Notes: generated by a model from the letters alone, not told the origin. DNA of 64,000 nt from Candidatus Bathyarchaeota archaeon (GCA_963714275.1 CAVQNT010000007.1:32001-96000); one strand, 5' to 3'; shown: positions 34,009-45,677, counted from the stretch's first letter. Program-made: numbers and translations.

Positions 34009-35236
34009 TCAATTTTTTAACGCTTCTTTGACTGCTTCCAAAACTGTTTTTGCAGGTGCGTCAGTTTTTAGTCCGCGCGTGTGGAAATGTGTAGGGCACG
34101 TTTTGAAGCCTTCTTTTTCAAGAATTTTGATAACTTTTGATACCGGAGGAATCGTGATGTTCAGTTTGTCGCTGATGTGGTCAATGACAAAAAAGGTTGG
34201 AGGAGCGTCAGATTCCGCCTTGACGAGAGTGAGGGTTTTCTTGATTCGGTCTTCTTCTCCTGTTCTCTTTTTGGAGGCTTCGTTTTCGACCAGTTCACAG
34301 AAATCCTTATCCACTATTTTACCAAGCCACAATGGTCCAGCGATTTTTAAGGGCGAACCGCATTCGTCGCATAACACCTTAACAGGTGGGATTATGCCTG
34401 AAACTGTTTCTCTGTGAAAACACGAAAAACAGTGCATGATGAAACCCATTTTTTGTAGGCTTAGACTGGCTTTTTTAGCTCCCTGATTGAGTAAAGCATA
34501 GGCACGGATGTAGTGGCTGTTTTTGTGGCTGAATATGATGTTGACTCCGATGTCGTGTTTTGCAGCTGCCGATGCGAGACAGCCTGAAAGCAACCTTATG
34601 GCAATCTCGTGCGAATATTCGGTTCTTAAAGCCAACCCGCCATATTTTCTGAGAGCCACTTTCGGATACACACCGCATAGAGGAGCAAGGTCCGTCGCCG
34701 TCAAAGCCAATAATCCACCACTTCTTAAGGCTCTTATTGCCGAGTCCAAGTATGGAATAGGCGTTCCGAAGGGGTCCAAATCGATGTAATTAAACCTTTT
34801 ATGTGGCGCGTCGTGTTGGCTGAGAAACAAGTTTGCATCCATGTTGAATAGTTTAATGACTTTATCAACCGCATTGATCTCAACATTGTGTTGCGCCATT
34901 TTGTATGCTTCTGGGTTGATGTCGTTAAGGCTAACCTCGCAGATGCCTTCCACTTCTTTAGCGAACCGTATGCCCCTTACTCCACAGCCAGCTGAAGGGC
35001 TCAGAAATTATGAGCTCTCCGTTGATCGTTCTTTGATAGGCTTGAAGAACTAGGACTGCAAGGTCTCGGTTCAGCTTCATCGCTGGGTTAAAAAAAACCG
35101 GAGCCTTCGAAGGAGCATAGTCCCAAACGTCTTTCCTGAATTTTTCAAGGTTCGGCACAACAACCTCTGCCTTTCCTTCTTTAATTCTCGAAACAGGAAA
35201 ACTGAACTCCATTTCGTAATCTACCAGCCTAAGCAA
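34009..35236 (-). CDS. trm1: tRNA (guanine-26-N2)-dimethyltransferase (split by an indel)
   Basis: VFFNPAMKLNRD, IDLDPFGTP, TATD, GPLWLG, THF..GLKTDA. Confidence 0.93.
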
Positions 35237-35346
35237 ATGATAATAGTTACTTTAATAAAAAAGGCATTTTGGAGCCAATTTATGAGGTCCTCCACTTTCT
35301 TTCATGAAAATGGTTTTATTAGCCTGTTCATATTCTTTACTGGAAC

Positions 35347-36354
35347 ATGCAGACTCATAGGAGAAATCAAGGATTGGATTTCATGGAGTTCGGATGGAAC
35401 GGTCTCCTCTTTGAGGTTCCCGAGGAAGTCCGCTTCACACGTTATGGTGGCAATGCGAAAAGGGGATCTTTCATGCTTGAAGCCGAAAATTACCTTATCG
35501 AAGGGAAATGGGAGCCCATTCCCAAAAGGCGTAGACCTATTTCAGTAATTGCAGCTACCCTTATCGATAAAATGGGAGAGCAATACGGTAAGAAAAAGAG
35601 ACGTATTAGGAAACAGAATGTGACGATTTTAGAAAAGAATGACGCCCGCGTTTTTTCGCACGAAGCCCTTTACATGGTTGTGAAGGCGCAGTCTGAGGAA
35701 AGGTTGTACCTATGGTATTGTGACGAAAGCAACCGTGTAGTCATTGTTCGGTTCATCTTTAAGACCTTCGATGATTCGTCAAAGAAAATAATTAAGCAGG
35801 TGCTCGAAAGCTTCGAATGCCATGGAAAAGATTCCAACGTTTGGTCGCTTCTTAACTTCCGTTTTGAGACGCCGATGGATTTTCTTTTAACTGACACCAA
35901 GATTGCGGTTGGCAGAGCTCGGTTTATTCTTTCTGGCAAAAAAGTTTCTTCTTTTACTGAAAAAACCTCAACCCTCATCGTTGAGTATTATTCTATGGCA
36001 AACGTTGTTTTTCAAGACGCACTTAACAACCTAGATGAATGGTTTAAGAAAAATTACGAGAAAGATCTCTGTAAGCAATTAAAAAAACGGCGCATAAAGT
36101 TCGTTCTTGCTGAACCAAGGAAGCTGCTGAAACATGAGTTGGTCATGAAGGAATCCAAAAGTAAATCTGGTCTGACATGGAGGGAGACAACTCGTTTCAC
36201 AAACGCAACATGGTACTGTCCAGAATCAAACCGCATTTACATAGTCACGTTTACACACAACCTTTCCCGACCGATAATCTTTAAACGGCAAATCCCAGAA
36301 TCAGAATACACGGATCCTGTGGATAACCTGCTGTCTTCGTTTAAGTGCCATTAG
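35347..36354 (+). CDS. Hypothetical protein with two similar halves
   Basis: 335-aa ORF; repeated W..L.FE.P and WYC.ESNR motifs. Confidence 0.7.
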   Translation: MQTHRRNQGLDFMEFGWNGLLFEVPEEVRFTRYGGNAKRGSFMLEAENYLIEGKWEPIPKRRRPISVIAATLIDKMGEQYGKKKRRIRKQNVTILEKNDARVFSHEALYMVVKAQSEERLYLWYCDESNRVVIVRFIFKTFDDSSKKIIKQVLESFECHGKDSNVWSLLNFRFETPMDFLLTDTKIAVGRARFILSGKKVSSFTEKTSTLIVEYYSMANVVFQDALNNLDEWFKKNYEKDLCKQLKKRRIKFVLAEPRKLLKHELVMKESKSKSGLTWRETTRFTNATWYCPESNRIYIVTFTHNLSRPIIFKRQIPESEYTDPVDNLLSSFKCH

Positions 36355-36397
36355 GACCAGCAGTGATTACAGAAAATACATTGAGACTTGGAGCAGA

Positions 36398-37216
36398 CTA
36401 GAGAACATAGTGTTTGGGTAACTTCACCTTTGTCCTAGTAAAGGATTCCCTTGGCCTTGCGAATGACCTAAGATTTTTCCTAATTTTACGCCAAGATAGG
36501 TATTTTGGGACGAGGTGCGAAACTGTTTCACCGTGCGAATGGTAGACATCAAACCTCGGTTCAACGATTAATCTGTATCCTCTGGCAAGCATTTCGAGGC
36601 TCCAATCGTAATCTTCGCCGCCGAACTTGCTTGTTTCATGAATTAGGTCTGGCAATTTCTCGTCGAACGGATACTTTTCCCACAGTGGTCTTCTGAAAAT
36701 GCAGTTGGTTGTCGAAAAATACGTGTCTCTTCTGTAGGCTTTGCTTGTTTCGTTAAGTTTCCTCCAACCCCAATCGAAGGCAAGTTTCTCCCAGACAGTT
36801 CCCTGTTTATGCGGAAGTGTGTACCCAGCGACTCCAGCAACTTTTTCGTCCTTAAAATGGGCGACAGCGCTTTCAAGCCACTCTCTCGAGGAGGGAAGGC
36901 AATGACCATTAATTACGCAGACAAGTTTCCCCGAAGCCACAGAAATGCCTGCGTTTGCTGAGTATGCATAAGAAAACTCGTCGTCGGTTAACGGCACAAT
37001 AACTACCTTTGTTTTATTACTGAAGAATTCGCTTTTTGCCATTCGTAAAAGGTCTGTCATCTCTTCCAGTTTGTTAATGCTGGAATAATTGTCTACGACG
37101 ACAAGTTCAGAGGGACACAAAGTTTGACATGAAAGGCTCTGCAAAAGCTCATGAAAATAACTTTCTATGTCTCTTGTCCGAATCAAAACTGAAACGTCGT
37201 TTGTAACTGTTGGCAT
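36398..37216 (-). CDS. Glycosyltransferase family 2
   Basis: VSVLIRT, VVVDNYS, N.G, GEDYDW, VYHSH. Confidence 0.85.
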   Translation of the reverse strand: MPTVTNDVSVLIRTRDIESYFHELLQSLSCQTLCPSELVVVDNYSSINKLEEMTDLLRMAKSEFFSNKTKVVIVPLTDDEFSYAYSANAGISVASGKLVCVINGHCLPSSREWLESAVAHFKDEKVAGVAGYTLPHKQGTVWEKLAFDWGWRKLNETSKAYRRDTYFSTTNCIFRRPLWEKYPFDEKLPDLIHETSKFGGEDYDWSLEMLARGYRLIVEPRFDVYHSHGETVSHLVPKYLSWRKIRKNLRSFARPRESFTRTKVKLPKHYVL

Positions 37217-37311
37217 TCTAAACTCTGAAATGATGCTGTTGACTTAAAAAACTAACCGTGAAGGCTTACATAGGTTGACTAGGATTTCGTAAATGATTAT
37301 TCAAAAATATA

Positions 37312-37857
37312 TTATTGTTGTTGGACTGGTTGTTTCTTTCCTTCTTCCTTACTTTCTTTTTTGGTTAATCGGGAAGCTACGTCGTCAGGAACAAGGAACG
37401 CTATTAGTCCACGTTTGGCGAGCTCGTTGAAGTAGGAATTCAGCGATATTTCGGCTTCGCTTGGAAGCATCTTGTACATTTCATGCAGCTGTTGAACCAA
37501 ATCCTTAACGGACTTTTCGCCATCGCACATTTCCCAGACGATCGAGCCGATAATGTCAAGGTGAAACTTTCTCTGTTTAACCGGAGGAGAACTGGTTGGC
37601 ATTATGCCTCTTCGCCGTTGTCTTCTTCCTTCTTCTTCTTTTTTTGGTTCTTTCTTCTCTTCTTTAGGTTTTTCGAACTGTAGAATTAAGGTGATTTTTC
37701 CGCTTTCGTCCTTTTCAATCTTTGCAGCTGGGTTGCGGACTGGTCTAATGTTGAGGAAGTCGCCTCGTGCAATCGGTGAAGATTCCTCTTTCTTTTTTCC
37801 TCTAAGCCTGTTGAGTATCATTTTTATTTCTTCCAAGATAACAAAATAAACGATCAC
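37312..37857 (-). CDS. PqqD-family (RiPP recognition element-like) protein
   Basis: PVRNP...FHLDIIGSIVWEMCDGEKSVKDLVQQL...YFNELAKRGLI. Confidence 0.8.
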   Translation of the reverse strand: MIVYFVILEEIKMILNRLRGKKKEESSPIARGDFLNIRPVRNPAAKIEKDESGKITLILQFEKPKEEKKEPKKEEEGRRQRRRGIMPTSSPPVKQRKFHLDIIGSIVWEMCDGEKSVKDLVQQLHEMYKMLPSEAEISLNSYFNELAKRGLIAFLVPDDVASRLTKKESKEEGKKQPVQQQ

Positions 37858-38015
37858 CTTAAAAAATTAATCCGAACGTCCACGAAAAATCGTGAAATAA
37901 GCCACAAAAAACACATACAAAACTCGAGGTTGAAGTATCGAAAAAGGGTTCCACAAAGACTTTTTATGCAGCTGAGTATATTTCGGTTGAGTCAACGTTT
38001 CGGCGGAGAGACAAA

Positions 38016-38818
38016 TTGTCGAATTTAGGTCCCTACTCACTAAAGTTTGATTATGAAAAAACATTGAAAGAAATCTTACAATTCATACAAAAAACTATTG
38101 CTGACGCTGGGGCTTCCGGAGTGGTTGTCGGGTTAAGCGGGGGCGTAGACAGCACCTTGACAGCTACCCTTTGCACTCGGGCGTTGGGAAAAGAAAAAGT
38201 TCTAGGCGTTTTGATGCCGACTTCGTTTACGCCTCCACAGGACATTGCTGATGCTCTTGAGTTGGCTGGATTGCTTGGAACACGAACAGAAAGAGTGAAC
38301 ATCGACGGCATCTGCAAGTCCTTTATGGAAGAATTACGGGTCAAAGAAGACTCTTCGACGCACAAAATCCCACTAGCCAACATACGGGCAAGGGTACGTA
38401 TGGCAATTCTTTACTATTATGCGAACGCCAACAGCATGCTTGTGGCTGGAACAGGAGACCGAAGTGAGGCTCTGATTGGCTTCTACACAAAATTTGGAGA
38501 CGGAGCGGCAGACTTCTTTCCAATAAGGCACCTCTATAAGACCCAAGTTAGGGAACTGACGAAGTATCTCGAAATGCCTGAAAAAATGGCGTTGAAACCC
38601 AGTAGTCCCCACTTTACCCTGGGCATAAACTGTCCGATGAGGTGCCTCTCGATTACGAAAAATTAGACCCAGTTCTCGTCGGACTCTTCGACTTGGGGTT
38701 ACGTCCCAAAAAGGTCAGCGAGATGACGGAGGTTCCTTTCGATATCGTAACGGAAATTGTTAGGCGACACAAAAAATCTGAGCATAAACGAAAGCCTCCT
38801 CCTGCGATAGAGAAGTGA
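38016..38818 (+). CDS. nadE: NH3-dependent NAD+ synthetase (split by an indel)
   Basis: GLSGGVDS, NIRARVRM, GTGDRSE, TKFGDG, HKR. Confidence 0.93.
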
Positions 38819-40727
38819 TGCACAAAATGTCGAAACCGAGAATAATTTTTCAGCCATACGGGAAAAGGTTGGAAGCGTCCACTGGCTCAACCATTCTTGA
38901 AGTAGCCAGGGATACAGGCGTAAACTTAAGTTCAGTCTGCGGGGGAGAAGGGCGCTGCGGCAAATGCAGGATCATAATACGTTCGGGAAATGAACTTTTG
39001 TCACCGCCCTCTGAATTCGAAAAACACGTGTTCTCCGAGGAAGACCTAAGCAACGGATTCAGGTTAGCCTGTCAGACAACAACACAACACGAAGGCACAG
39101 TGACCGTGGAGGTTCCAGCCGAAAGCCAAATTGACCAGCATAGACTGTTGCTTATGGGTTCAGAAAAGAAGGTGAAGCTAGCACCCGCCGTAAGGAAAGT
39201 TGTGGTCGCTCTTGAAAAGCCTTCGCTGTCGGACACCCGATCAGACGTCGATAGGCTTCTGGACGCTTTGGAGTCCAAGATTGGCTTAAGACCCATTGTT
39301 GATTATGAAACCTTAAAAATGGTGCCGCGCGTCGTTCGGAAAAAAGACTGGGTCGTTACTGTTACGCTCTGGAACGATCAGGAAATAATTGCGGTTCAGC
39401 CCGGACAAGTTTCTGGCTGTTACGGATTTGCGGTCGATATTGGGACAACTAAGCTTGCTGGATACTTACTGGATTTAAGCAATGGTAAAATTGTTGCGAC
39501 CGCTTCAGCTACGAATCCTCAAATCCCATATGGAGAAGACGTGATTTCTAGGATACGGTTCGCAACGGAAAACCCGGAGAATCTCGTGAAACTTCAGCAA
39601 ACAGTGATTGAAGGAATAAACCAACTGGTCAAACAAACCTGCAAAGACTCCGGAGTCTCACCTGATGACGTTTACGAAATGACTGTCTCAGGGAACACTG
39701 CGATGCATCACATTTTTCTCGGGATTCCCCGGACAATGTGGCTTTGTTACCTTACCCAGCAGCTTTGCAGTCGTCTATGAATGTAAAAGCAAAAGAATTG
39801 TCATTGAATTTGAATCGTGGAGCCTACGTTCACGTTTTACCTACGATTGCAGGTTTCGTGGGAGGAGACGCTGTGGCTGACGTCCTCGCAACGGGCATTC
39901 ACGAAGCAGACAAGCTTTCGATGCTGATTGACATTGGTACAAACACCGAAATAGTCCTCGGCAACAAAGACAGGCTTGCATCGTGCTCTTGCGCTTCTGG
40001 TCCCGCCTTTGAGGGAGCGCACATTAAGCATGGAATGAGGGCATCGACCGGTGCCATCGAGCAGGTTTGGATAGAACCAGAAACTTACGAGGTTGGTTAT
40101 AAGACAGTTGATGATAGTAAACCGCGTGGGCTTTGCGGGTCAGCAATTGTTGATGTGGTAGCGGAACTTTTTAAGGTTAGGTTGATTGACAAAAGCGGAA
40201 AATTCAACCGAACTCTTAAGACACCGCGATTAAGGATAAACGAAAAGTCTACCGAGTTCGTGATCGTGTGGAAAAACGAAAGACTCGACTGATACGGACA
40301 TTGTTGTAACGCAGGGGGACATCCGAGTGATTCAATTGGCTAAAGCCGCAATCTTCACTGGTGCTTCTATCTTGATGAAGCATTTGGACGTTAAGTTCCA
40401 CGAAATCCAGAAAGTCTTCTTCAGCTGGCGCTTTCGGGACATACGTTGATCCGTTAAACGCGAAGGTTATTGGCATGTACCCGGATGTGTCTCTCGAAAA
40501 GGTTCAGTTCGTGGGCAACACGTCTGGTTCAGGCGCAAGAATGACGCTTTTGTCAGTCGAAGCTCGCGAAGTCAGCTGAAAAGATTGCTAAGTTCGTTGA
40601 GTATGTTGAGTTGGGCGCTGATTCGAGTTTCCAAAACGAATTTCTGAAGGCAACCTACCTTCCGCATCAAGAGGTAAACCGATTTCCAAGCGTAGCCAAA
40701 TTATTGGGTAATAAAAACATAGGATAA
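38815..40727 (+). CDS. 2Fe-2S/ASKHA (DUF4445) reductive activator of corrinoid proteins, RACo-like (split by indels)
   Basis: CGGEGRCGKC...RLACQ, DIGTT, GFVGGD, DIGTN, GPAFEG, QLAKAA. Confidence 0.88.
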
Positions 40728-40801
40728 CCTAATTTAAAGTATCCTTTTTTATAGGCTTCCTGAATATACTTAGCCTATTATATTGGCGAGAGTAAAGTGT
40801 T

Positions 40802-41971
40802 ATGAAGATTGCGAAGAGAATGCAGACGATTGAGCCTTCTGGCACGATAGTTATGGCTGAGAAGGCTCGTGAAATGCAGCAGGCAGGTCGAAAAATCCTT
40901 AATTTGGACGTTGGGGAGCCGGATTTTGACACGCCTGAACACATTAAGCAGGCAGCCATCGACGCGATAAAAAACGGGTTCACCCACTACACCTCAAGCA
41001 AGGGAACACTTGAGTCTAGACAAGCCATCGCCGATGACCTTGCGATCAGAAATATTATGACCAATCCCGAGAAGGAGTTAATTGTTACTCCGGGAGGCAA
41101 ACACGCCCTTTACTGCGCTTGCCTAGCGACCCTTGATCCCGAGGATGAGGTTCTGATTTTGGCTCCAACTTGGCCAACCCATTTCCAATGCGCCGAGGTT
41201 GCGGAAGCACATACAATAGAGGTTCCTTGTGGACCGTCGTATAACCTTGACGAGGAAGCTTTGAAAAAAGGGATTACACGCAAGTCTAAGATGATTCTGG
41301 TGGGTTCGCCGAACAATCCGACTGGAGGAGTCATGGATGCGGATGATATTAAGGCGATTGTTGACCTTGCGGTTGACCATGGTCTCCTTATTATGTCTGA
41401 CGAGATTTATGACCGCATAGTCTTTGACGACTTTAAGATTCGGAGTCCAGCCTCTTTTGATGACATTAGAGAAAGGTGCATCATCTTAAATGGGTTCAGC
41501 AAAGCCTACGCGATGACTGGTTGGAGAATAGGTTACGCGTTCGCAAACGAGGAAATTGTCGAAGCCATGGTTCGGATTCAGCAGTCAACGACGACTTGTC
41601 CAGCCAGCTTCGTCCAGAAGGCAGGCGTCGCGGCACTTAAAGGACCGCAGGACTCGATCCAAAAGATGGTTCAGGAATACGACCGCAGAAGAAAGATCAT
41701 CGTTGAGCAACTCAACAACATAGATGGAATAAGATGTAACATGCCGAAAGGCGCGTTCTACGTTTTTCCCGAAATCAAAACCCTCGGAACTTCGAGCCTT
41801 GAGTTCTGCAGCAGACTGCTTGAGGAAGAAGGTGTCTCGACCACGCCTGGTAGCGTCTTCGGAGAAAGCGGAGAAGGATACGTCCGCATGTCCTATGCGA
41901 CGAGTCTTGAAACTATTGGTGAAGCCGTAAAAAAGATTAAGGCATTCGTCAATAATTACTCCGTAAATTGA
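40802..41971 (+). CDS. Class I/II PLP aminotransferase (aspartate aminotransferase-like)
   Basis: GEPDFDTP, SPNNPTG, DEIY, SKAYAMTGWRIG. Confidence 0.92.
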   Translation: MKIAKRMQTIEPSGTIVMAEKAREMQQAGRKILNLDVGEPDFDTPEHIKQAAIDAIKNGFTHYTSSKGTLESRQAIADDLAIRNIMTNPEKELIVTPGGKHALYCACLATLDPEDEVLILAPTWPTHFQCAEVAEAHTIEVPCGPSYNLDEEALKKGITRKSKMILVGSPNNPTGGVMDADDIKAIVDLAVDHGLLIMSDEIYDRIVFDDFKIRSPASFDDIRERCIILNGFSKAYAMTGWRIGYAFANEEIVEAMVRIQQSTTTCPASFVQKAGVAALKGPQDSIQKMVQEYDRRRKIIVEQLNNIDGIRCNMPKGAFYVFPEIKTLGTSSLEFCSRLLEEEGVSTTPGSVFGESGEGYVRMSYATSLETIGEAVKKIKAFVNNYSVN

Positions 41972-43077
41972 AAGGTGAACAACCCATGTTTGATAATAAG
42001 GCAATCGAATTCCTCAAAAACTTAACAGAGTCCTTCGGACCATCCGGGTTCGAAAGGGAGCCCTCACGTATAATAAAAGAATACATGCAATCCTATTCTG
42101 ATAAGGTAATCACGGACAAGCTTGGTTCAGTAGTCTTCGTGGCTAAGGGTCAAGCTGAGAAACCGCGTGTCTTGTTAGCTGGGCATATTGACGAAGTTGG
42201 CTTCGTAATCTCAGGAATAGACGAAAACTCCGGTTTTCTTTCGTTCAATCCAGTGGGCGGGTGGTGGGACCAAGTTCTACTTTCCCAAAAGGTTATTGTG
42301 AGAACGGTTAAAGGCGACCTTCAAGGGGTCATCGCGTCTAAGCCTCCCCACCTTTTGACTGATGAGGAACGCACAAAAGTTTTCACGCAAGACAAGATGT
42401 TCATCGACATCGGTGCTACGTCCAAAAAAGAGACAGAAGAGACAGGAGTGAAGGTTGGCGACCCAGTTGTGCCTTTGTCTCCGTTCAGTCTGATTCGCGA
42501 TGGAAAAGTAGCCATGGGAAAAGCCTTCGACGACAGGTTAGGCGCCTTCGTAATCATGGAGGCAATCCGATGCATCAAAGAAAATGGCATATCTCATCCC
42601 AACACGGTTTATGGGGCTGCCACAGTTCAAGAGGAAATTGGCTTAAGAGGCGCACAAACCGTTGCCCACCTTGTTGACCCAGACGTCGGCATCGTTCTGG
42701 AGGTTGACATTTCAGGCGACATTCCAGGCATAAAGCCTTTCGAGGCCCCTGCGAAGATGGGGAAAGGTCCAAGCCTGTTGACTTATGACCGAAGTATGAT
42801 TCCTAATCAGCCTTTGAAGGATTTTGTTTGGAAGACGGCTAAGGAGGCGAATATTCCGCTTCAGCTTTCCCAGGTGGCTAAGGGAGGAACGGACGCTGGC
42901 AGAATTCACCTTGACAGAGCTGGGTGCCCAAGCGTCGTCATAAGCGTTCCAACAAGGCACATTCACAGCCACGTTGGCCTGTTTAATCTTGAGGACGCGG
43001 AAAACGCGGTGAAACTTGTCATTGAACTCTTGAAGAGTCTTGACGGGAAGACTGTGAAAGGCTTCACGAAAATCTAG
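41968..43077 (+). CDS. M42 family aminopeptidase (TET-like)
   Basis: GPSGFE, GHIDEVG, KAFDDR, QEEIGLRGA, GGTDAG, RHIHS. Confidence 0.93.
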   Translation: MKGEQPMFDNKAIEFLKNLTESFGPSGFEREPSRIIKEYMQSYSDKVITDKLGSVVFVAKGQAEKPRVLLAGHIDEVGFVISGIDENSGFLSFNPVGGWWDQVLLSQKVIVRTVKGDLQGVIASKPPHLLTDEERTKVFTQDKMFIDIGATSKKETEETGVKVGDPVVPLSPFSLIRDGKVAMGKAFDDRLGAFVIMEAIRCIKENGISHPNTVYGAATVQEEIGLRGAQTVAHLVDPDVGIVLEVDISGDIPGIKPFEAPAKMGKGPSLLTYDRSMIPNQPLKDFVWKTAKEANIPLQLSQVAKGGTDAGRIHLDRAGCPSVVISVPTRHIHSHVGLFNLEDAENAVKLVIELLKSLDGKTVKGFTKI

Positions 43078-43108
43078 ACGAATGTATTGAGCTGACAAAA
43101 GTCCAAGT

Positions 43109-44578
43109 TCATCCTACCCTTTCATTTTGTTTAAAGAAGTATCGGGTCTGCCCCATCGTTTGGACGTTCATTGGCTTAACCTTAACTACGATGGGGAAGT
43201 CTTTAACCACCTTTCCAAGAACAAGACAGTGGTGCGGCGGCAGGTCTCGAACAATCGATGTTGCGGTTTCAGCGTCAACCCTTGCAGCTCGAGACACTAT
43301 TTCAAGGTCATGCTCGTTGACGAAATTGAGGAGAAAAATGTTGTCAGCTTGGCGGTAAATGTTCTCGTTGATTGTGTTCGGCTGGTTAGTCACGAAGGTC
43401 GTGAACAGTCCGAAGTGCCTCATCCTCGTGACAGCGTCGTCCCAGTAGGTTTCTCTAAGGTACAAATGCGCCTCCTCAGCGAACAGGAAAACCGCCCTAA
43501 TCTTCCATTCGGAAAGGACATCCTGAAGTTTAGCCAAAACAAACTCGACGACCATTTGCCTGTCAGCGGGGGATGTGTCGCTCAAGTTGATGACTATTGC
43601 TCCGCCACCGCTGCTTTCAGATTTCTTTAGAAGAGCCTCCAAGTCCATGGCTTCAGCCATGTTGTCTGTGAAAAACCCCGAATGAACGAGCGAGTAATAA
43701 CGCGAGTACAACGCGTCTCGAACGTGCTGGTTGCATTTCCACCTGTTGATGGCTCCGCCTAGCTCGTGCAAGGTTACTGTTCCGCTCTCTTCCAGAGCTC
43801 GCCAAATGTGACGGAATTCCCGAGTCGAGGTTCCCGGCAAACTCAACGCATAAGTCAGAATTCTCATGACAACGTACAGGTTTGTCTGGTATAGGGTTAC
43901 CTTAAAGTTTTGGCCAGGAGACAGAACGTGGATTTTTTCGTGATGTTCGTTTTTGGTTCCATCCTCTGTTAGACCAAGGTTTGTGTATTCGCCATTGATG
44001 TCCAGGACTACAATTGTGGCTCCGTGTTGAACAAGACCGAGAACGAGTAGCTTCGAAAGATGCGACTTTCCTGTGCCCTTCTTGCCCGTGATTATGTTCA
44101 GCCGTCCATCCATCTCGCACGCGTCTATGCTTAGGGGCGTCATGTCTTGGGTTGTGCCGAGGTCTATGCGTAGCCCCTTTGTTATGTTTGCCAGTTTGAG
44201 AAGAGCTGATGTTTGTAGCTTATGTATACTTGATTGCGTGCGTGAGGGAAGCCAATTGTTCTCTGGGTCGATTTTTCCATCGAACACTGTGCCGTATATT
44301 TTGCAGACAAGCAACCTTGCGTCCTGAATGTAGAGTATGTGTGACATGATGTCCATGGGATCAGCGTCTTCGCCTTTGGCTGAATCGTCAGTATCAGGGG
44401 AACGTAGAAGCTCCTCCATCACTCCTGGCACATTGGCGAACTGAACGTCGATGACTTGGGCAATCATCGCTTTTCCAGGTTTTTTGTCCTCGATGAGAAG
44501 ATATTCTCCTTTTTCGACGTCTTCACCTGGGAAACTTAACACATTCAACGTGTTGCCTACTTTTTTGAAGAGCCGCAT
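43109..44578 (-). CDS. herA: HerA-like ATPase (DUF87)
   Basis: HAS-barrel-like N-terminus, GKKGTGKS, LDINGEY, AEEAH, RMRHFG, TNQP. Confidence 0.8.
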   Translation of the reverse strand: MRLFKKVGNTLNVLSFPGEDVEKGEYLLIEDKKPGKAMIAQVIDVQFANVPGVMEELLRSPDTDDSAKGEDADPMDIMSHILYIQDARLLVCKIYGTVFDGKIDPENNWLPSRTQSSIHKLQTSALLKLANITKGLRIDLGTTQDMTPLSIDACEMDGRLNIITGKKGTGKSHLSKLLVLGLVQHGATIVVLDINGEYTNLGLTEDGTKNEHHEKIHVLSPGQNFKVTLYQTNLYVVMRILTYALSLPGTSTREFRHIWRALEESGTVTLHELGGAINRWKCNQHVRDALYSRYYSLVHSGFFTDNMAEAMDLEALLKKSESSGGGAIVINLSDTSPADRQMVVEFVLAKLQDVLSEWKIRAVFLFAEEAHLYLRETYWDDAVTRMRHFGLFTTFVTNQPNTINENIYRQADNIFLLNFVNEHDLEIVSRAARVDAETATSIVRDLPPHHCLVLGKVVKDFPIVVKVKPMNVQTMGQTRYFFKQNERVG

Positions 44579-44582
44579 TTTC

Positions 44583-45677
44583 TTAATCCTCAAATCCAGT
44601 TCCATACGGTCCAAACAGAGCCTTCCGCATGCTATAGCGTGGCATAATCCTAAGTCCATACTCGTGTGTCAGGAAACTTTGGATGCCTATAACGTCGTTT
44701 GCCGTAAAAGTCGAGTAGATGTGTGCTAGGCGGAGGGATTCGGGGTATCCTTGATACAATAGTTCGTTACCGAGAAGCTTCTGAACCGACTTCATACCGT
44801 CTTCCCTCATGAGTGCTCTGTCAATATCCAGACGGAAGGCAGAACCATTGACTGCCAGCTTAGCCACGTACATCCTACCGAGTAGATGCGAGTTTTTCGA
44901 TATCGACAACGGAAGGTCCTCGACCTCGAAAAGGCACGGTCCCTCCCGTTTCGCAACCAAATCGGTGATTCGCCAACCTAAAAATCTGATTGACGTAACC
45001 TTGGAGAAGGCAAGAACCGAGTTATGCTGGCTTCTCGCTGTTTTAAGAACGTAAGAAACATCGTTTAATGTGCTTCCAGGGAAACCTGCTGTTAAGGAGC
45101 CGTCCCAAAGAATGATGCTATCGTTCGCGGAATACGAGATGCTTGCTTGAATCCACCTTTCAACCAGACTGCAAAGTCTGCCGATGGTTTCAGATAAAGG
45201 CAAAGGACGATAATTCGTTTCTGGGAAAAAACTGCTGTTGAGGTTGCTGAAGAGTTCACGTTTGTTTTCTTCCGTTATGTGGAAGGGAAAGGGACCTATT
45301 CTAAGGTGCCTGTAACGACGGTTCAGGTTCCACACAACAGCCCCTCTGACTGCGCAAAGGATGCCTGTTTCTGTTTCCCCAATCTTGATGCCGGACACGT
45401 CTATGCCGACAACGGGTGTGCCATCTTGAATAGGCTTTAATGGCGTTAAAAGTGTTGAAAGCGTTTTTCCCTCTAGGTCTAGTGGGGTGTTCGTCTGTGG
45501 CTTTTGTGCCATGTTCACTAGTAGTTCTGTGTCGAACGGTTGAAACGTTTTCTCTTTTATCGTGTGCATTGTTCTGAGGCTTGCTTCCAGCAGTTTTTTG
45601 TGAAGTTCCGCGTCGTGTTCGATTTGTGGAAAGTTATATCTTGATGTTGTTGCATACTGTAATTGTTCAATCAACAA
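44583..45677 (-). CDS. nurA: NurA-family nuclease
   Basis: VGIDVS, WDGSL, FSK, GYPESLRLAH; directly upstream of herA. Confidence 0.8.
   Translation of the reverse strand: MLIEQLQYATTSRYNFPQIEHDAELHKKLLEASLRTMHTIKEKTFQPFDTELLVNMAQKPQTNTPLDLEGKTLSTLLTPLKPIQDGTPVVGIDVSGIKIGETETGILCAVRGAVVWNLNRRYRHLRIGPFPFHITEENKRELFSNLNSSFFPETNYRPLPLSETIGRLCSLVERWIQASISYSANDSIILWDGSLTAGFPGSTLNDVSYVLKTARSQHNSVLAFSKVTSIRFLGWRITDLVAKREGPCLFEVEDLPLSISKNSHLLGRMYVAKLAVNGSAFRLDIDRALMREDGMKSVQKLLGNELLYQGYPESLRLAHIYSTFTANDVIGIQSFLTHEYGLRIMPRYSMRKALFGPYGTGFED

Noticed and set aside
37985-37996. GTTGAGTCAAC palindrome upstream of nadE, matching 61875-61887
   Set aside because: Only two short copies in unrelated contexts; could be chance
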